Source: an uncultured Pseudomonadota bacterium (GTDB taxonomy: Bacteria; Pseudomonadota; Gammaproteobacteria; Methylococcales; Methylomonadaceae). From it: a stretch of DNA of 64,000 bases. The DNA is taken from positions 4,386-68,385 of the forward strand of contig CAILJB010000036.1 in NCBI GenBank assembly GCA_903834465.1, written 5' to 3'. Shown here in pieces: positions 1 to 8,957 of this stretch (position 1 is the stretch's first letter; the number at the start of each line of letters is the position of its first letter). The translations under genes were made by a program, and so were the position numbers. Below the pieces are notes generated by a model that worked only from the letters and a program-made list of their open reading frames with translations, did not search any database and was not told the origin of the DNA.

Positions 1-1
1 A

Positions 2-121
2 TTTGAAGAAGTCACGGAAGTGAAATCGGAAGGTGAGATTTCAAAACGCAGCTTTAATCCAACAGGTGCGAAAAATGTCTTGATTCGTACAGCAAAAAAT
101 TTGAAAGAGAGCTTAGACTGA
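2..121 (+). CDS. C-terminal end of an upstream gene, probably cytochrome b of the bc1 complex (partial)
   Basis: The frame is open from the window edge and stops at TGA 119-121, 1 nt before the cytochrome c1 start. This is the position expected for petB in a petABC operon. The fragment is too short for a motif check. Confidence 0.4.
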   Translation, partial: FEEVTEVKSEGEISKRSFNPTGAKNVLIRTAKNLKESLD

Positions 122-122
122 T

Positions 123-842
123 ATGAAAAAATTACTTTCACTGTTTTTACTATTACTCTCATTCAATGTATTTGCGTCAGGTGGCGTGGAATTGCAAGAT
201 GCTGATATTGATTTGAACGATAAAGTTTCCTTGCAACGTGGTGCGAAACATTTTGTGACCTATTGTTTAGGCTGTCATAGTGCGAAACAAATTCGTTATT
301 TACGCATTGCCGTAGATTTAGGGTTGGATGAAAAGCATGTTTTAAAAGACATTGCGCCAGAAGGTGCAGGTATTTACGAACAATTGCACAGCGCGATGAA
401 TAAGCATGACGCTGAAAAATGGTTTGGTACGCAACCACCGGATTTATCGCTTATTGCCCGTTCACGCGGCGCGGATTGGCTTTATAGCTATTTGAAAGGT
501 TTTTATACCGATAAAAGTCGTCCATTTGGCGTGAATAATGCGATTTTTGAAGATGTCGGCATGCCTAACCCGTTATGGCAATTACAAGGCGAACAACAAC
601 CCGTTTATGAAACCGATGGTGAGAAACGGACGCTTGAAAAATTAGTCAGTACCAGCAAAGGCACGCAAACCGCTCAAGAGTTTGACCAAACGGTTAATGA
701 TTTGGTGAATTTTTTAGTTTATGTGGGTGAACCGGTGCAATTAGAACGGCAACAAATGGGCAAATATGTGTTATTTTTCTTATTCGTTTTCTTAGCAATC
801 GCTTATTTGCTGAAAAAAGAATATTGGAAAGACGTGCATTAA
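123..842 (+). CDS. petC: ubiquinol-cytochrome c reductase cytochrome c1 subunit
   Basis: It has a signal peptide, a CLGCHS heme-c binding motif (CxxCH), a C-terminal transmembrane anchor (YVLFFLFVFLAIAYLL) and PDLSLI/ARSRGADW-type c1 blocks. Confidence 0.85.
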   Translation: MKKLLSLFLLLLSFNVFASGGVELQDADIDLNDKVSLQRGAKHFVTYCLGCHSAKQIRYLRIAVDLGLDEKHVLKDIAPEGAGIYEQLHSAMNKHDAEKWFGTQPPDLSLIARSRGADWLYSYLKGFYTDKSRPFGVNNAIFEDVGMPNPLWQLQGEQQPVYETDGEKRTLEKLVSTSKGTQTAQEFDQTVNDLVNFLVYVGEPVQLERQQMGKYVLFFLFVFLAIAYLLKKEYWKDVH

Positions 843-953
843 CGTTATAGCAGATTGAAAAACAAGGATGTTTTTCAATCCTGCCACGACAGCGATGCAA
901 TCGTGTATAATGCAACCACGTTTTCATGGTTTCTCCTCTTAAGAGGTTGTTTT

Positions 954-1592
954 GTGACAAATATAGCTACTCGTAAATCTGTTATGACTCTTTATTCTTC
1001 TCCTACTTGCGTTATGAGCCATTGCGCTCGTTTTGTGTTACAAGAAAAAGGCATTGCTGCCGAAATTGAATATTACGATCCCGAAAATCCACCTAAAGAT
1101 TTATTGGAAGATAATCCTAGTGGCGTTTCACCGACGTTAATTGAGCGTGATTTGGTGCTTTATGATTCACGCATCATTATGGAATATTTGGATGAGCGTT
1201 TTCCGCATCCGCCTTTGCATCAAATGGATCCGGTTTCGCGCGCAAACGCACGAATGTTGATTAAACGTATCGATCAAGAATGGTATCAATTGCTAGATGA
1301 TGTGCTGCACACCGGTGAAAAAAAATCTGCAAAAGCAAAAAAAATGTTGCGTGAAAGTTTGTTAAACGCGTCTTCTATTTTTGCCGCCCGCCCTTACTTT
1401 ATGAGCGATGAATTTTCGTTGATTGATTGTGTTGTGGCACCGTTATTGTGGCGTATGCCAAGTGTTGGAATTGATTTAACAGTCGCGCCAGACGATGTAA
1501 TTAACAATTACGCACAACGAATATTTAATCGTCCTGCATTTAGACGTAGCCTTAGCGAGGCTGAAAAAGATATGGCGGATTTGCCGAAATGA
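954..1592 (+). CDS. sspA: stringent starvation protein A (GST-like)
   Basis: It reads close to E. coli SspA (RKSVMTLYS..., IIMEYLDERFPHPPL, YFMSDEFSLIDC). A GTG at 954 preceded by AAGAGG fits better than the ORF-track ATG at 855; ATG 984 is an alternative start. Confidence 0.9.
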   Translation: MTNIATRKSVMTLYSSPTCVMSHCARFVLQEKGIAAEIEYYDPENPPKDLLEDNPSGVSPTLIERDLVLYDSRIIMEYLDERFPHPPLHQMDPVSRANARMLIKRIDQEWYQLLDDVLHTGEKKSAKAKKMLRESLLNASSIFAARPYFMSDEFSLIDCVVAPLLWRMPSVGIDLTVAPDDVINNYAQRIFNRPAFRRSLSEAEKDMADLPK

Positions 1593-1978
1593 CACCGTTA
1601 AAACCGTATTTAATTCGCGCAATTTATGAGTGGATTTTAGATAATAATCTCACACCGCACTTATTAGTGGATGCGAATCATCCCGCTGCCGTTTTGCCAA
1701 TGCAGTTTGTACAAGAAGGGCGAATTATTTTGAATATTCGACCCGCTGCGATTGATGCTCTGTCGCTGGGCGATGATGCCATTGAGTTTAACACCCGTTT
1801 TAGTGGTAAATCTACTTATATCCACGTTCCTGTTATAGCAGTGCTGGCAATTTATGCTAAAGAAAATGGTAAAGGCATGGTGTTTGAGGTGGAAGAATCC
1901 CAAAATGATGAACCACTACCGCCGCCCCCAGAACCACCTAAAACTAAAGCTAAACCAGCGTTGCGCGTGGTGAAGTAA
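1589..1978 (+). CDS. sspB: stringent starvation protein B (ClpXP adaptor)
   Basis: It starts LKPYLIRAIYEWILDNNLTPHLLVDA, has an acidic/Pro-rich linker and a C-terminal LRVVK ClpX-binding-type tail. Its start overlaps the sspA stop (ATGA). Confidence 0.85.
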   Translation: MTPLKPYLIRAIYEWILDNNLTPHLLVDANHPAAVLPMQFVQEGRIILNIRPAAIDALSLGDDAIEFNTRFSGKSTYIHVPVIAVLAIYAKENGKGMVFEVEESQNDEPLPPPPEPPKTKAKPALRVVK

Positions 1979-2009
1979 CATACTACGGTTTTTGATTAAA
2001 AATATAAAG

Positions 2010-2045
2010 GGTCGATTACTTCAAGTAATCGACCTTTTTTGTTTT
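2010..2045 (+). terminator. rho-independent terminator after sspB
   Basis: An 11-bp perfect stem (GGTCGATTACT / AGTAATCGACC) with a 3-nt loop is followed by TTTTTTGTTTT. Confidence 0.7.
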
Positions 2046-2265
2046 ACCAAGATCGATAACGCTGTTGGAAATGCGGGCGATACTCATGTTCCTCGTATTC
2101 ATAACCGCGATAACGTGGTAGCGGCGGAACAGGCGTGTAATAGTTGTAGCTACGTTGCGGATAAACGGGCGTGACCGTTGTATAATGCGGGTAGGCGTAA
2201 GGAGTGTGATAGACACAACCAGTTAAACTCAAGAAACCAACACCAGCTAAAACCAATCGTTTCAT
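2044..2265 (-). CDS. small Tyr/Pro-rich lipoprotein
   Basis: It has a lipobox (FLSLTGC). The mature part is about 56 aa and is extremely rich in Tyr and Pro. Confidence 0.5.
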   Translation of the reverse strand: MKRLVLAGVGFLSLTGCVYHTPYAYPHYTTVTPVYPQRSYNYYTPVPPLPRYRGYEYEEHEYRPHFQQRYRSW

Positions 2266-2300
2266 TTAAGTCACCTTTGTTTTTAAATTTTACGAGATAT

Positions 2301-2699
2301 TTATTTTTCTTCGTGCGCCACAAACAACGCCAAACATTCTAATTCACTTTCAGTGTAATTACTTCGTGCTTCATTCAATTCTTTTGCGGAACCAAAGTCG
2401 TTACGCAATTCTTCTAAGGTTTTTTTCGGATCAGCCGATTGCGTCAACGTTAGCATTTTTGTGTAATTACGATAAGCGGTAAGTCTAGCCGGATCAAAAG
2501 CGAATAACCCAGCCATATTTTTTGATGACGCTTCAACAATACAAGCCGCCATTTTGTCTGACGGGACATTGTAATCTCTTGACCCTTGTGTTTTTTGACC
2601 GCGCTCTAATTCGGCTAAGATAGCGGCTTCATAATTGTTTTTGTCGCTACAGCCTGGAAGTAATAAAGCGGTAAGCAAAAGTAATAAAAATTTTTTCAT
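2301..2699 (-). CDS. lipoprotein, unknown function
   Basis: It has a signal peptide plus lipobox (LLLPGCS). I recognised no family. Confidence 0.55.
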   Translation of the reverse strand: MKKFLLLLLTALLLPGCSDKNNYEAAILAELERGQKTQGSRDYNVPSDKMAACIVEASSKNMAGLFAFDPARLTAYRNYTKMLTLTQSADPKKTLEELRNDFGSAKELNEARSNYTESELECLALFVAHEEK

Positions 2700-2728
2700 G
2701 AGTTTTGTTAGTAAATTAAAAATAAGAG

Positions 2729-3136
2729 TTATAGCGAGACACGAACTTCTGTTGCACTTTGATTTTCAATGTGAAAAGCGCGTAATTCCAAAATGCCTTT
2801 CGTGTTTAGTGAAATAATCAAATACAACGCATTTGCATAAGTTGCCGATTCTAAATCCAAAGGTGACGGAGAAGCAGACGCATTCGGATGTGAATGATAA
2901 ATAGCAAACAGCTCTTCGCCTTGTTCACGCATTTGTTTCATGGTGGCAATTTGTTGTTTTGAATCGAGTAAGAAACGATTATGAGATTGCTCTGCAACAT
3001 TATCAATCGGATAACAATGCACCGGCACGCCATTTTTACTGCTCACTAAGCCGCAAATTTCGGCATCGGGTGAAATTTGTGCGAAATGCAACAATTGACT
3101 GGTTAATTTGCGTGGTAATTGAATTTCTGTAGTCAT
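2729..3136 (-). CDS. JAB/MPN (Mov34, M67-type) metallopeptidase family protein
   Basis: It carries the JAMM motif HSHPNASASPSPLD and an upstream E (AEICG). I chose the MTTEIQ start at 3136; the ORF-track start at 3196 would add 20 aa. Confidence 0.75.
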   Translation of the reverse strand: MTTEIQLPRKLTSQLLHFAQISPDAEICGLVSSKNGVPVHCYPIDNVAEQSHNRFLLDSKQQIATMKQMREQGEELFAIYHSHPNASASPSPLDLESATYANALYLIISLNTKGILELRAFHIENQSATEVRVSL

Positions 3137-3347
3137 AATTTTCTCGATAAATAAAACGTAACGCTGTTTAGCATAACCGAATGTGAAAATTTCCAAAGCA
3201 GTTTTTTAACGCTATAATCTTCGATTAGCAATTCTTCGCGAACAATTCCCCAAAAAGCCTTTAATTTTTTTATTATCCTATACGCTAATGCTCTATCTGA
3301 TAATTCGGTTTCGGGCGACATAATTTCTTTAAACTCACCCAACTCGT

Positions 3348-6005
3348 ATGAAATTAACATTTTTTCACCAACTTTCACTCAAAGTGCGAGTCACTGTTTT
3401 TACTTTGATTATTTTTGTCATTAGTATTTGGTTAATCGTTTTTTATGCTCAGAAAATGCTGCAGAATGATATGCGCTATTTATTAGGCGAACAACAGCTT
3501 TCAACCGTTTCATTATTGGCAACAGAAATCGACAGTGAATTAAACAATAGATTTAACGCACTCGACATCGTTGCTGTACGAACTTTACGCATTGACATCA
3601 AGTATGATTCTGTCGTGCTACAGAATATTCTGGAACAAAACAGCGTGCTACAACAACTGTTCAACGGTGGCGCTTACATTATGGACTTGAATGGTATTCC
3701 AGTGGCTAGTTTTCCCGTTTCAACCGAAAAAATTAGCGTAAATGATAAAGATGACACGATTCAGTCATGGAAAGTAGGAAAAAAAATTATAAGTCGTCCG
3801 TTCATAGACAAACACTTAAACACGCCAGTTTTTGTGATGACCGTACCGATTCGAGATAAACAAAATAAAATCATTGGTGGAGTCTCTGGCATTATCAATT
3901 TGGGCATACCGAATTTCCTTGATGATTTAACCAAAAGCCGTTACAGCAAAACAGGTTATTACTTACTTGTTGCGCCGAAATATCGAATGGTCGTCACGGC
4001 TTCTGAAAAAAGTCGTGTAATGGAAAATTTACCTGCTAAAGGCATCAACCCATTTATAGACGACTTCATTGACGGTTATGAAGGACCTGCTGAAACCGTT
4101 ACGCCTCGCGGTGTTAAAATGTTAGCCTCTGCAAAACCCGTACATATTGCAAATTGGTATGTATGCGTTTTACTACCGATTGCCGAAGCCTACGCCCCAA
4201 TTCAGGCGATGCAATATCGAATTTTTTCCGCCACTTTTTTTCTAATGTGCCTCATAAGCGGCGCGATGTGGTGGATGTTAAAACATGAGCTAACGCCTTT
4301 AATTATTACGCTAAAAAACTTAGCATCATGGAAAAACACACCAAATGACGTTCAGTTTTTACCTACCTTTGGTAGAGAAGAAATTGACGCATTGATTAAC
4401 GGTTTTAATAACTTGCTAGAAGTTTTACAAGAACGAGAACGTTATCTACAAGCCATCATTGAAAATGAACCCGAATGTATCAAAATTATCAATCAAGAAG
4501 GGCAATTGCTACAAATGAATGCCGCAGGATTAAGAATGATTGATGCCGATTCACTCGAACAAGCTATTGAGCGAAACTTTATTTCATTGATTGCACCCGA
4601 ATATCGCGCCGCTTTTATGGCATTACATGAAAAGGTGATTGCAGGCGAAACAGTGCAGTTACAATTTGAAATTATTGGCTTAAAAAATAATCGTCATTGG
4701 ATGGAAACGAACGCAGTACCAATGATTGCCAATGGTAAGCGAGTACATTTAGCTGTGACCCGTGATATTACTGAACGTAAAGAAGTTGAATTTGAGTTAC
4801 TTGAACGTAAAGCACAGCTGAAATTATTGGTCGAAAAAGAACGGGCAAATTCGATTGAAAAAAGTAATTTTCTCGCTACATTACAACTACTCAATCAAGA
4901 GTTGAATCAAAAAGAACATTACCTTAGAGAATTGATCGATAACTTTCCATTCATGGTTTGGCTCAAGGATACGGAGGGACGTTTTCTTGCAGTCAATCGG
5001 ATTCTTGCCAAAAATTTTGGTGAAGACCATCCTAATAATGTGTTTGGTAAAACAGATTTTGATTATTCACCAAAAGAAATGGCAGAAGGTTATCAAAAAG
5101 ATGATTTATTGATAATGCAAACCAAGCAACAAAAAATGCTGGAAGAAAAGGTCGTTAATTATTTAGGTAAGAGTTCGTGGTTCGAAACATTCAAAGCACC
5201 CGTATTTGGTGAAAATGGCAAAGCTTTGGGAACAGTTGGTTTTGCACGAGATATATCTGAGCGTAAGCGAATCGAATTGCAATTGCATGAAAATCAGGTG
5301 CAGCTCCAACTACTGGTTGAAAAAGAGTGCCAAAACTCAATTGAAAAAAGTAACTTTCTCGCTATGCTAACGCACGAATTAAAATCCCCGTTAACGACAA
5401 TTGAATTGGCGACGGGAAATATCCAACGTGGTACCAATCCAGAAATAAACGCTCTGAGTCTGAAACATATTCAATCAGCAGCCAGCGATATGTCAGTCAT
5501 TATTGTGCGCTGTCTTCAAGCCGATAAATTAGAACAAGAAAATTCGATAATTAACCTTAAGACGTTTCCAATCGACGTGCTGATTCATGATCGGCGAAGT
5601 CAAGGACAATGGTTAGAGCCAGATAAAAAAACGCGCTTACAAATTGATATTCCAGCACAATTTTTAATTACTAGTGACGAATTATCGTGTCGAATAATTG
5701 TGAGTAATTTGGTTGAAAATGCGCTGAAGTATTCGCCAGAAAAAAGCGTAGTGACAATTTCGGCAAAAGTTGATGCTGAAAAAGCAGGCGTTTTGATTGC
5801 GGTCTGCAACGAAATTGGCAAAGCCGGCAAACCCGACGTAGACAAAGTTTTTGATAAATACTACCGTGGCGCAAATGCTCAACGTTTGCGTGGCACAGGT
5901 TTAGGTTTATGGCTAGTTCGTGGAATTGCCACGCAACTCGGCGGCACAGTGAATTATATTGAACACAATGACAAAGTAGAATTCCAATTATGGTTGCCCC
6001 AATAG
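3348..6005 (+). CDS. sensor histidine kinase (TM - dCache-like periplasmic domain - TM - HAMP-like - PAS - PAS - DHp - HATPase)
   Basis: It has an N-terminal transmembrane helix, a Cache-like periplasmic region and two PAS modules. The H-box is FLAMLTHELKSPL (His codon 5373-5375), the N-box is NLVENALKYSP and the G-box is GTGLGLWLVRG. Confidence 0.85.
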   Translation: MKLTFFHQLSLKVRVTVFTLIIFVISIWLIVFYAQKMLQNDMRYLLGEQQLSTVSLLATEIDSELNNRFNALDIVAVRTLRIDIKYDSVVLQNILEQNSVLQQLFNGGAYIMDLNGIPVASFPVSTEKISVNDKDDTIQSWKVGKKIISRPFIDKHLNTPVFVMTVPIRDKQNKIIGGVSGIINLGIPNFLDDLTKSRYSKTGYYLLVAPKYRMVVTASEKSRVMENLPAKGINPFIDDFIDGYEGPAETVTPRGVKMLASAKPVHIANWYVCVLLPIAEAYAPIQAMQYRIFSATFFLMCLISGAMWWMLKHELTPLIITLKNLASWKNTPNDVQFLPTFGREEIDALINGFNNLLEVLQERERYLQAIIENEPECIKIINQEGQLLQMNAAGLRMIDADSLEQAIERNFISLIAPEYRAAFMALHEKVIAGETVQLQFEIIGLKNNRHWMETNAVPMIANGKRVHLAVTRDITERKEVEFELLERKAQLKLLVEKERANSIEKSNFLATLQLLNQELNQKEHYLRELIDNFPFMVWLKDTEGRFLAVNRILAKNFGEDHPNNVFGKTDFDYSPKEMAEGYQKDDLLIMQTKQQKMLEEKVVNYLGKSSWFETFKAPVFGENGKALGTVGFARDISERKRIELQLHENQVQLQLLVEKECQNSIEKSNFLAMLTHELKSPLTTIELATGNIQRGTNPEINALSLKHIQSAASDMSVIIVRCLQADKLEQENSIINLKTFPIDVLIHDRRSQGQWLEPDKKTRLQIDIPAQFLITSDELSCRIIVSNLVENALKYSPEKSVVTISAKVDAEKAGVLIAVCNEIGKAGKPDVDKVFDKYYRGANAQRLRGTGLGLWLVRGIATQLGGTVNYIEHNDKVEFQLWLPQ

Positions 6006-6700
6006 TATTTAAACCGCCGCTCCGAATCATCGTTGTAGAAGATTACACCAACCTACGCGAGCAATTAGTGATTCATTTGCAAGCAGACGGGCATTCCGTA
6101 CAAGGCGTAGATTCTGGCATGGAACTGGATGAATTGTTACAAAATGATGCTGTGCCTGATATTTTGATACTGGATTTGAATTTGCCTATTGAAGATGGCA
6201 ACAGTATTGCCGCGCGGATGCGACAAGCCTTTCCGCTGATTGGTATTATTATGCACACGGTTCGAGTTTCAACTTCCGAAAAAGTGAGGGGGTATTCCAG
6301 TGGTGCAGATTTGTACGTCAGCAAACCCGCCAGTTCAGCCGAAATTAGTGCCGCCGTATTCAGTTTAGGGCGGCGACTTCATCGTACTAAAACTACAGCG
6401 TGGACATTAGATATAAAAAGACAGTTGCTAATTTCACCAGATAATCAAAGTGTTTCGTTACTTTCTACAGAGGTTTTAACACTGAATCACTTAGCCTTAG
6501 CTCCAGAAGGATTGATGGAGTCTGGACAATTATTAAAACTGTTACAATCCATACATCCTGAATGGGGAAAAACAAACCTTGAAGTCCATTTCAGTCGTTT
6601 GAGAAAAAAAATTGCGCCATTTTTAATCGAGATGCAAAGTATTAAATGTGTGCGTGGTCGAGGTTATCAATTGTGTTTACTGTTAGAAATAAAAGAATAA
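5990..6700 (+). CDS. response regulator, OmpR/PhoB-type winged-helix output
   Basis: The receiver domain shows IIVVEDY..., ILILDLNLP and YVSKP. The C-terminal region resembles a winged helix (VHFSRLRKKI...VRGRGYQL). It overlaps the kinase stop by 16 nt. Confidence 0.8.
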   Translation: MVAPIVFKPPLRIIVVEDYTNLREQLVIHLQADGHSVQGVDSGMELDELLQNDAVPDILILDLNLPIEDGNSIAARMRQAFPLIGIIMHTVRVSTSEKVRGYSSGADLYVSKPASSAEISAAVFSLGRRLHRTKTTAWTLDIKRQLLISPDNQSVSLLSTEVLTLNHLALAPEGLMESGQLLKLLQSIHPEWGKTNLEVHFSRLRKKIAPFLIEMQSIKCVRGRGYQLCLLLEIKE

Positions 6701-6780
6701 AGTCAATTCGTCAAAAAATTAAAAATTCCTAAAATCCGCATTCTAGCCGTATTTTCCCTGTCCAAACATCAAACTTAAAA

Positions 6781-6818
6781 CGTGAACTTTGCAAGAAACT
6801 GCAAGGTTCACGTTTATA
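6781..6818 (+). terminator. stem-loop after the response regulator gene
   Basis: The arms are CGTGAACTTTGCA and TGCAAGGTTCACG (12 of 13 paired) with a 6-nt loop, followed by TTTATAT. The U-tract is weak. Confidence 0.5.
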
Positions 6819-6872
6819 TGTACGATAAAATTCACAACAAGCCCCCCGCCCTATGACTATGTCAAAACATAT

Positions 6873-8249
6873 ATGAAATCGTTAATAAAAAATATATTTT
6901 CAAAATCAAAAACAGAAGAAGCGTCTAATACAGAAGTGTCAAATATTCAAACAGAGGAAAATATTCCGATAAATGACGCGCCGACATCCTCAAAACCATT
7001 GCGAGTGAGTAACGAAAAATTACCGTTAGGCTTACTGAAAAAATTAGCACCGATTCGTGATTTAGATGATGATGAAATCATGCAGCTTGAACAAAGAGTT
7101 TTAACATTCTCAGCAAATTCTGTTGTTTTCGCCTTAGGGCAGAAAAGTGAATGTATCTATTATTTGCTCAAAGGTGAACTCGAGCTTGAATCGGACGGCG
7201 GTGGAAGTTATGTGGTTAGTGAAGGTTCTGCATTGAGTAATTTACCTCTTAACAATGGTAAAGTCTTTGGTGCAACGGCAATCAGTCGATCTCCTTGCCT
7301 TCTCCTCGCCACGCCCGTTTCTATTATGCAATGGTGGAAGAATAAAAGCCAAGTAACACAAGACGAGAACGACAATACAGAAGTTAAAGTCGACTTACCT
7401 AAAGAAATGCAAAACATCCCGTTTGCTGAGCGTTTTATTCAAGCATATCGCAAAAATGAGCTTATTTTACCTTCCTTGCCACAAGTTGCTATTCAGCTAC
7501 GCAAAGCGATGGAACAAGATATTGGTATCTCCGAGGCTATCAAGATTGTTGAAATTGATGCGCTGGTAGTCGCTAGATTGATTCAATTAGCTAATAGTGC
7601 GATGTATGCCTCTACGACCCCAATTAAAAACTGCCATGATGCAGTTTCTCGTTTAGGATTAAAAACGACACAGAAATTAGTGATGGGCATCTGCATGAAA
7701 CATTTATTTCAAGGTAAGTCGCCTCAGCTCGCCATGAAAATGCAAAATCTGTGGAAAAAAAATCTACTCGTTTCAAGTTTAAGTTTTGTATTAGCACAGG
7801 AATCGGGCGAAGTGAATCCAGAGGATGCTCTATTGGCTGGTTTAGTATGCGATATTGGTGCTGTCCCGTTAATACATTTTGCTGAAAAAAATGAAGATAT
7901 TCGTCCAGATGTAGGTGAGCTGGAACAAATGATGCCCCGTTTAAGCGCTGGCATAGGTCCATTTTTGCTTCAAAAACTGGATTTTTCTGATGAATTTGTT
8001 AACGTTCCTGAACACTCCGAAAATTGGTATTACGAGAGTGGCGAAGATCGTTTGACGTTAATTGATATAGTTATTTTGGCTAAATTCCACAGTTATCTTG
8101 GAACGGTTCACATGAAAAACTTACCTTACATTAACTCAATTCCAGCGTACGGCAAGCTAAAAAATGGTAAATTAAATTCTGATTTTTCCTTGGATATTGT
8201 AGCTAAAGCAAAACAACGAATTGACGCAACGATGCGTATTTTCGCTTAG
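6873..8249 (+). CDS. cyclic-nucleotide-binding domain / HDOD domain protein
   Basis: It has a CAP-like cNMP-binding block (ECIYYLLKGELELE) followed by HDOD signatures (LPSLPQVAIQLRKAM...VARLIQLANSAMYA...GLVCDIG). I chose the MKSLIK start; the ORF-track start is 6789. Confidence 0.75.
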   Translation: MKSLIKNIFSKSKTEEASNTEVSNIQTEENIPINDAPTSSKPLRVSNEKLPLGLLKKLAPIRDLDDDEIMQLEQRVLTFSANSVVFALGQKSECIYYLLKGELELESDGGGSYVVSEGSALSNLPLNNGKVFGATAISRSPCLLLATPVSIMQWWKNKSQVTQDENDNTEVKVDLPKEMQNIPFAERFIQAYRKNELILPSLPQVAIQLRKAMEQDIGISEAIKIVEIDALVVARLIQLANSAMYASTTPIKNCHDAVSRLGLKTTQKLVMGICMKHLFQGKSPQLAMKMQNLWKKNLLVSSLSFVLAQESGEVNPEDALLAGLVCDIGAVPLIHFAEKNEDIRPDVGELEQMMPRLSAGIGPFLLQKLDFSDEFVNVPEHSENWYYESGEDRLTLIDIVILAKFHSYLGTVHMKNLPYINSIPAYGKLKNGKLNSDFSLDIVAKAKQRIDATMRIFA

Positions 8250-8279
8250 TATCTGATGTCACATAGTCGATAAGTTTCA

Positions 8280-8948
8280 ATGGTATCGCTATTTTTTGCG
8301 AATGATTGTGAGTTGGTAGGGCTAAACAATAATTTAATATATCTCTATAATTTTATTGGATTATTGATTACATTGTTACTTACAACGTTATTTATTTTAA
8401 TCAAAAAAAAATACACTAAGGAACTCGATTACCTTAAACAATTAGCTTTTTATGACCCGCTCACAAATTTGCCAAATCGACGTATGGTTTATGATTGCAT
8501 GGATTACACCATTGCATTGGCAGAACGTAAAGAGCGTATTTTTGCCATTCTTATGATAGATTTAGATAAGTTTAAGCCAGTAAACGACACATTAGGACAT
8601 GCTGCTGGTGATGAATTGTTACAACAAGTAGCAGGACGCATTTCCAAACAGTTACGACGGCGAACTGACATGGTTGCACGATTTGGAGGAGATGAATTCA
8701 TTATTTTTTTAGACGATATTACAGAACAACGGATTGTAGAAAAAATTGCCGAAAGCATCATCTCAACGTTGACAACACCGTTTCAATTATCGTCTACCGA
8801 TGAAGTTCAAATTAGCACCAGTATCGGCGTTAGCTTTTTTCCTAAAGATGGAATGACGAAAGAAGTATTACTTAATTGTGCCGATGCTGCGCTTTACCAA
8901 GCTAAAAACAAAGGTCGAGGCTGCTTTATATTCCACGAATATGAATAA
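8280..8948 (+). CDS. membrane-anchored diguanylate cyclase (GGDEF)
   Basis: It has one transmembrane helix, YDPLTNLPNRR, an intact RFGGDEF active site and the C-terminal ADAALYQAKNKGR block. Confidence 0.85.
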   Translation: MVSLFFANDCELVGLNNNLIYLYNFIGLLITLLLTTLFILIKKKYTKELDYLKQLAFYDPLTNLPNRRMVYDCMDYTIALAERKERIFAILMIDLDKFKPVNDTLGHAAGDELLQQVAGRISKQLRRRTDMVARFGGDEFIIFLDDITEQRIVEKIAESIISTLTTPFQLSSTDEVQISTSIGVSFFPKDGMTKEVLLNCADAALYQAKNKGRGCFIFHEYE

Positions 8949-8957
8949 AAGTTGTGT

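Noticed and set aside
3133-3378. An 81-aa minus-strand ORF whose stop overlaps the JAB/MPN gene start (ATGA); it could have been a ubiquitin-like partner.
   Set aside because: It has no C-terminal GG and no beta-grasp-like pattern. Its 5' end overlaps the kinase start codon region, and its 3' part is the alternative N-terminal extension frame region of the JAB ORF. The evidence is insufficient to call it a gene.
6801-6810. A possible dispersed REP-like family. GCAAGGTTCA occurs in the hairpins at 6800-6812 and 36283-36292, and GCGCAAG..CTTGCG stems occur at 19417-19438 and 36281-36321.
   Set aside because: The shared strings are only 7-10 nt, and the hairpins differ in loop and length. This cannot be distinguished from chance or from generic terminator composition without a genome-wide count.
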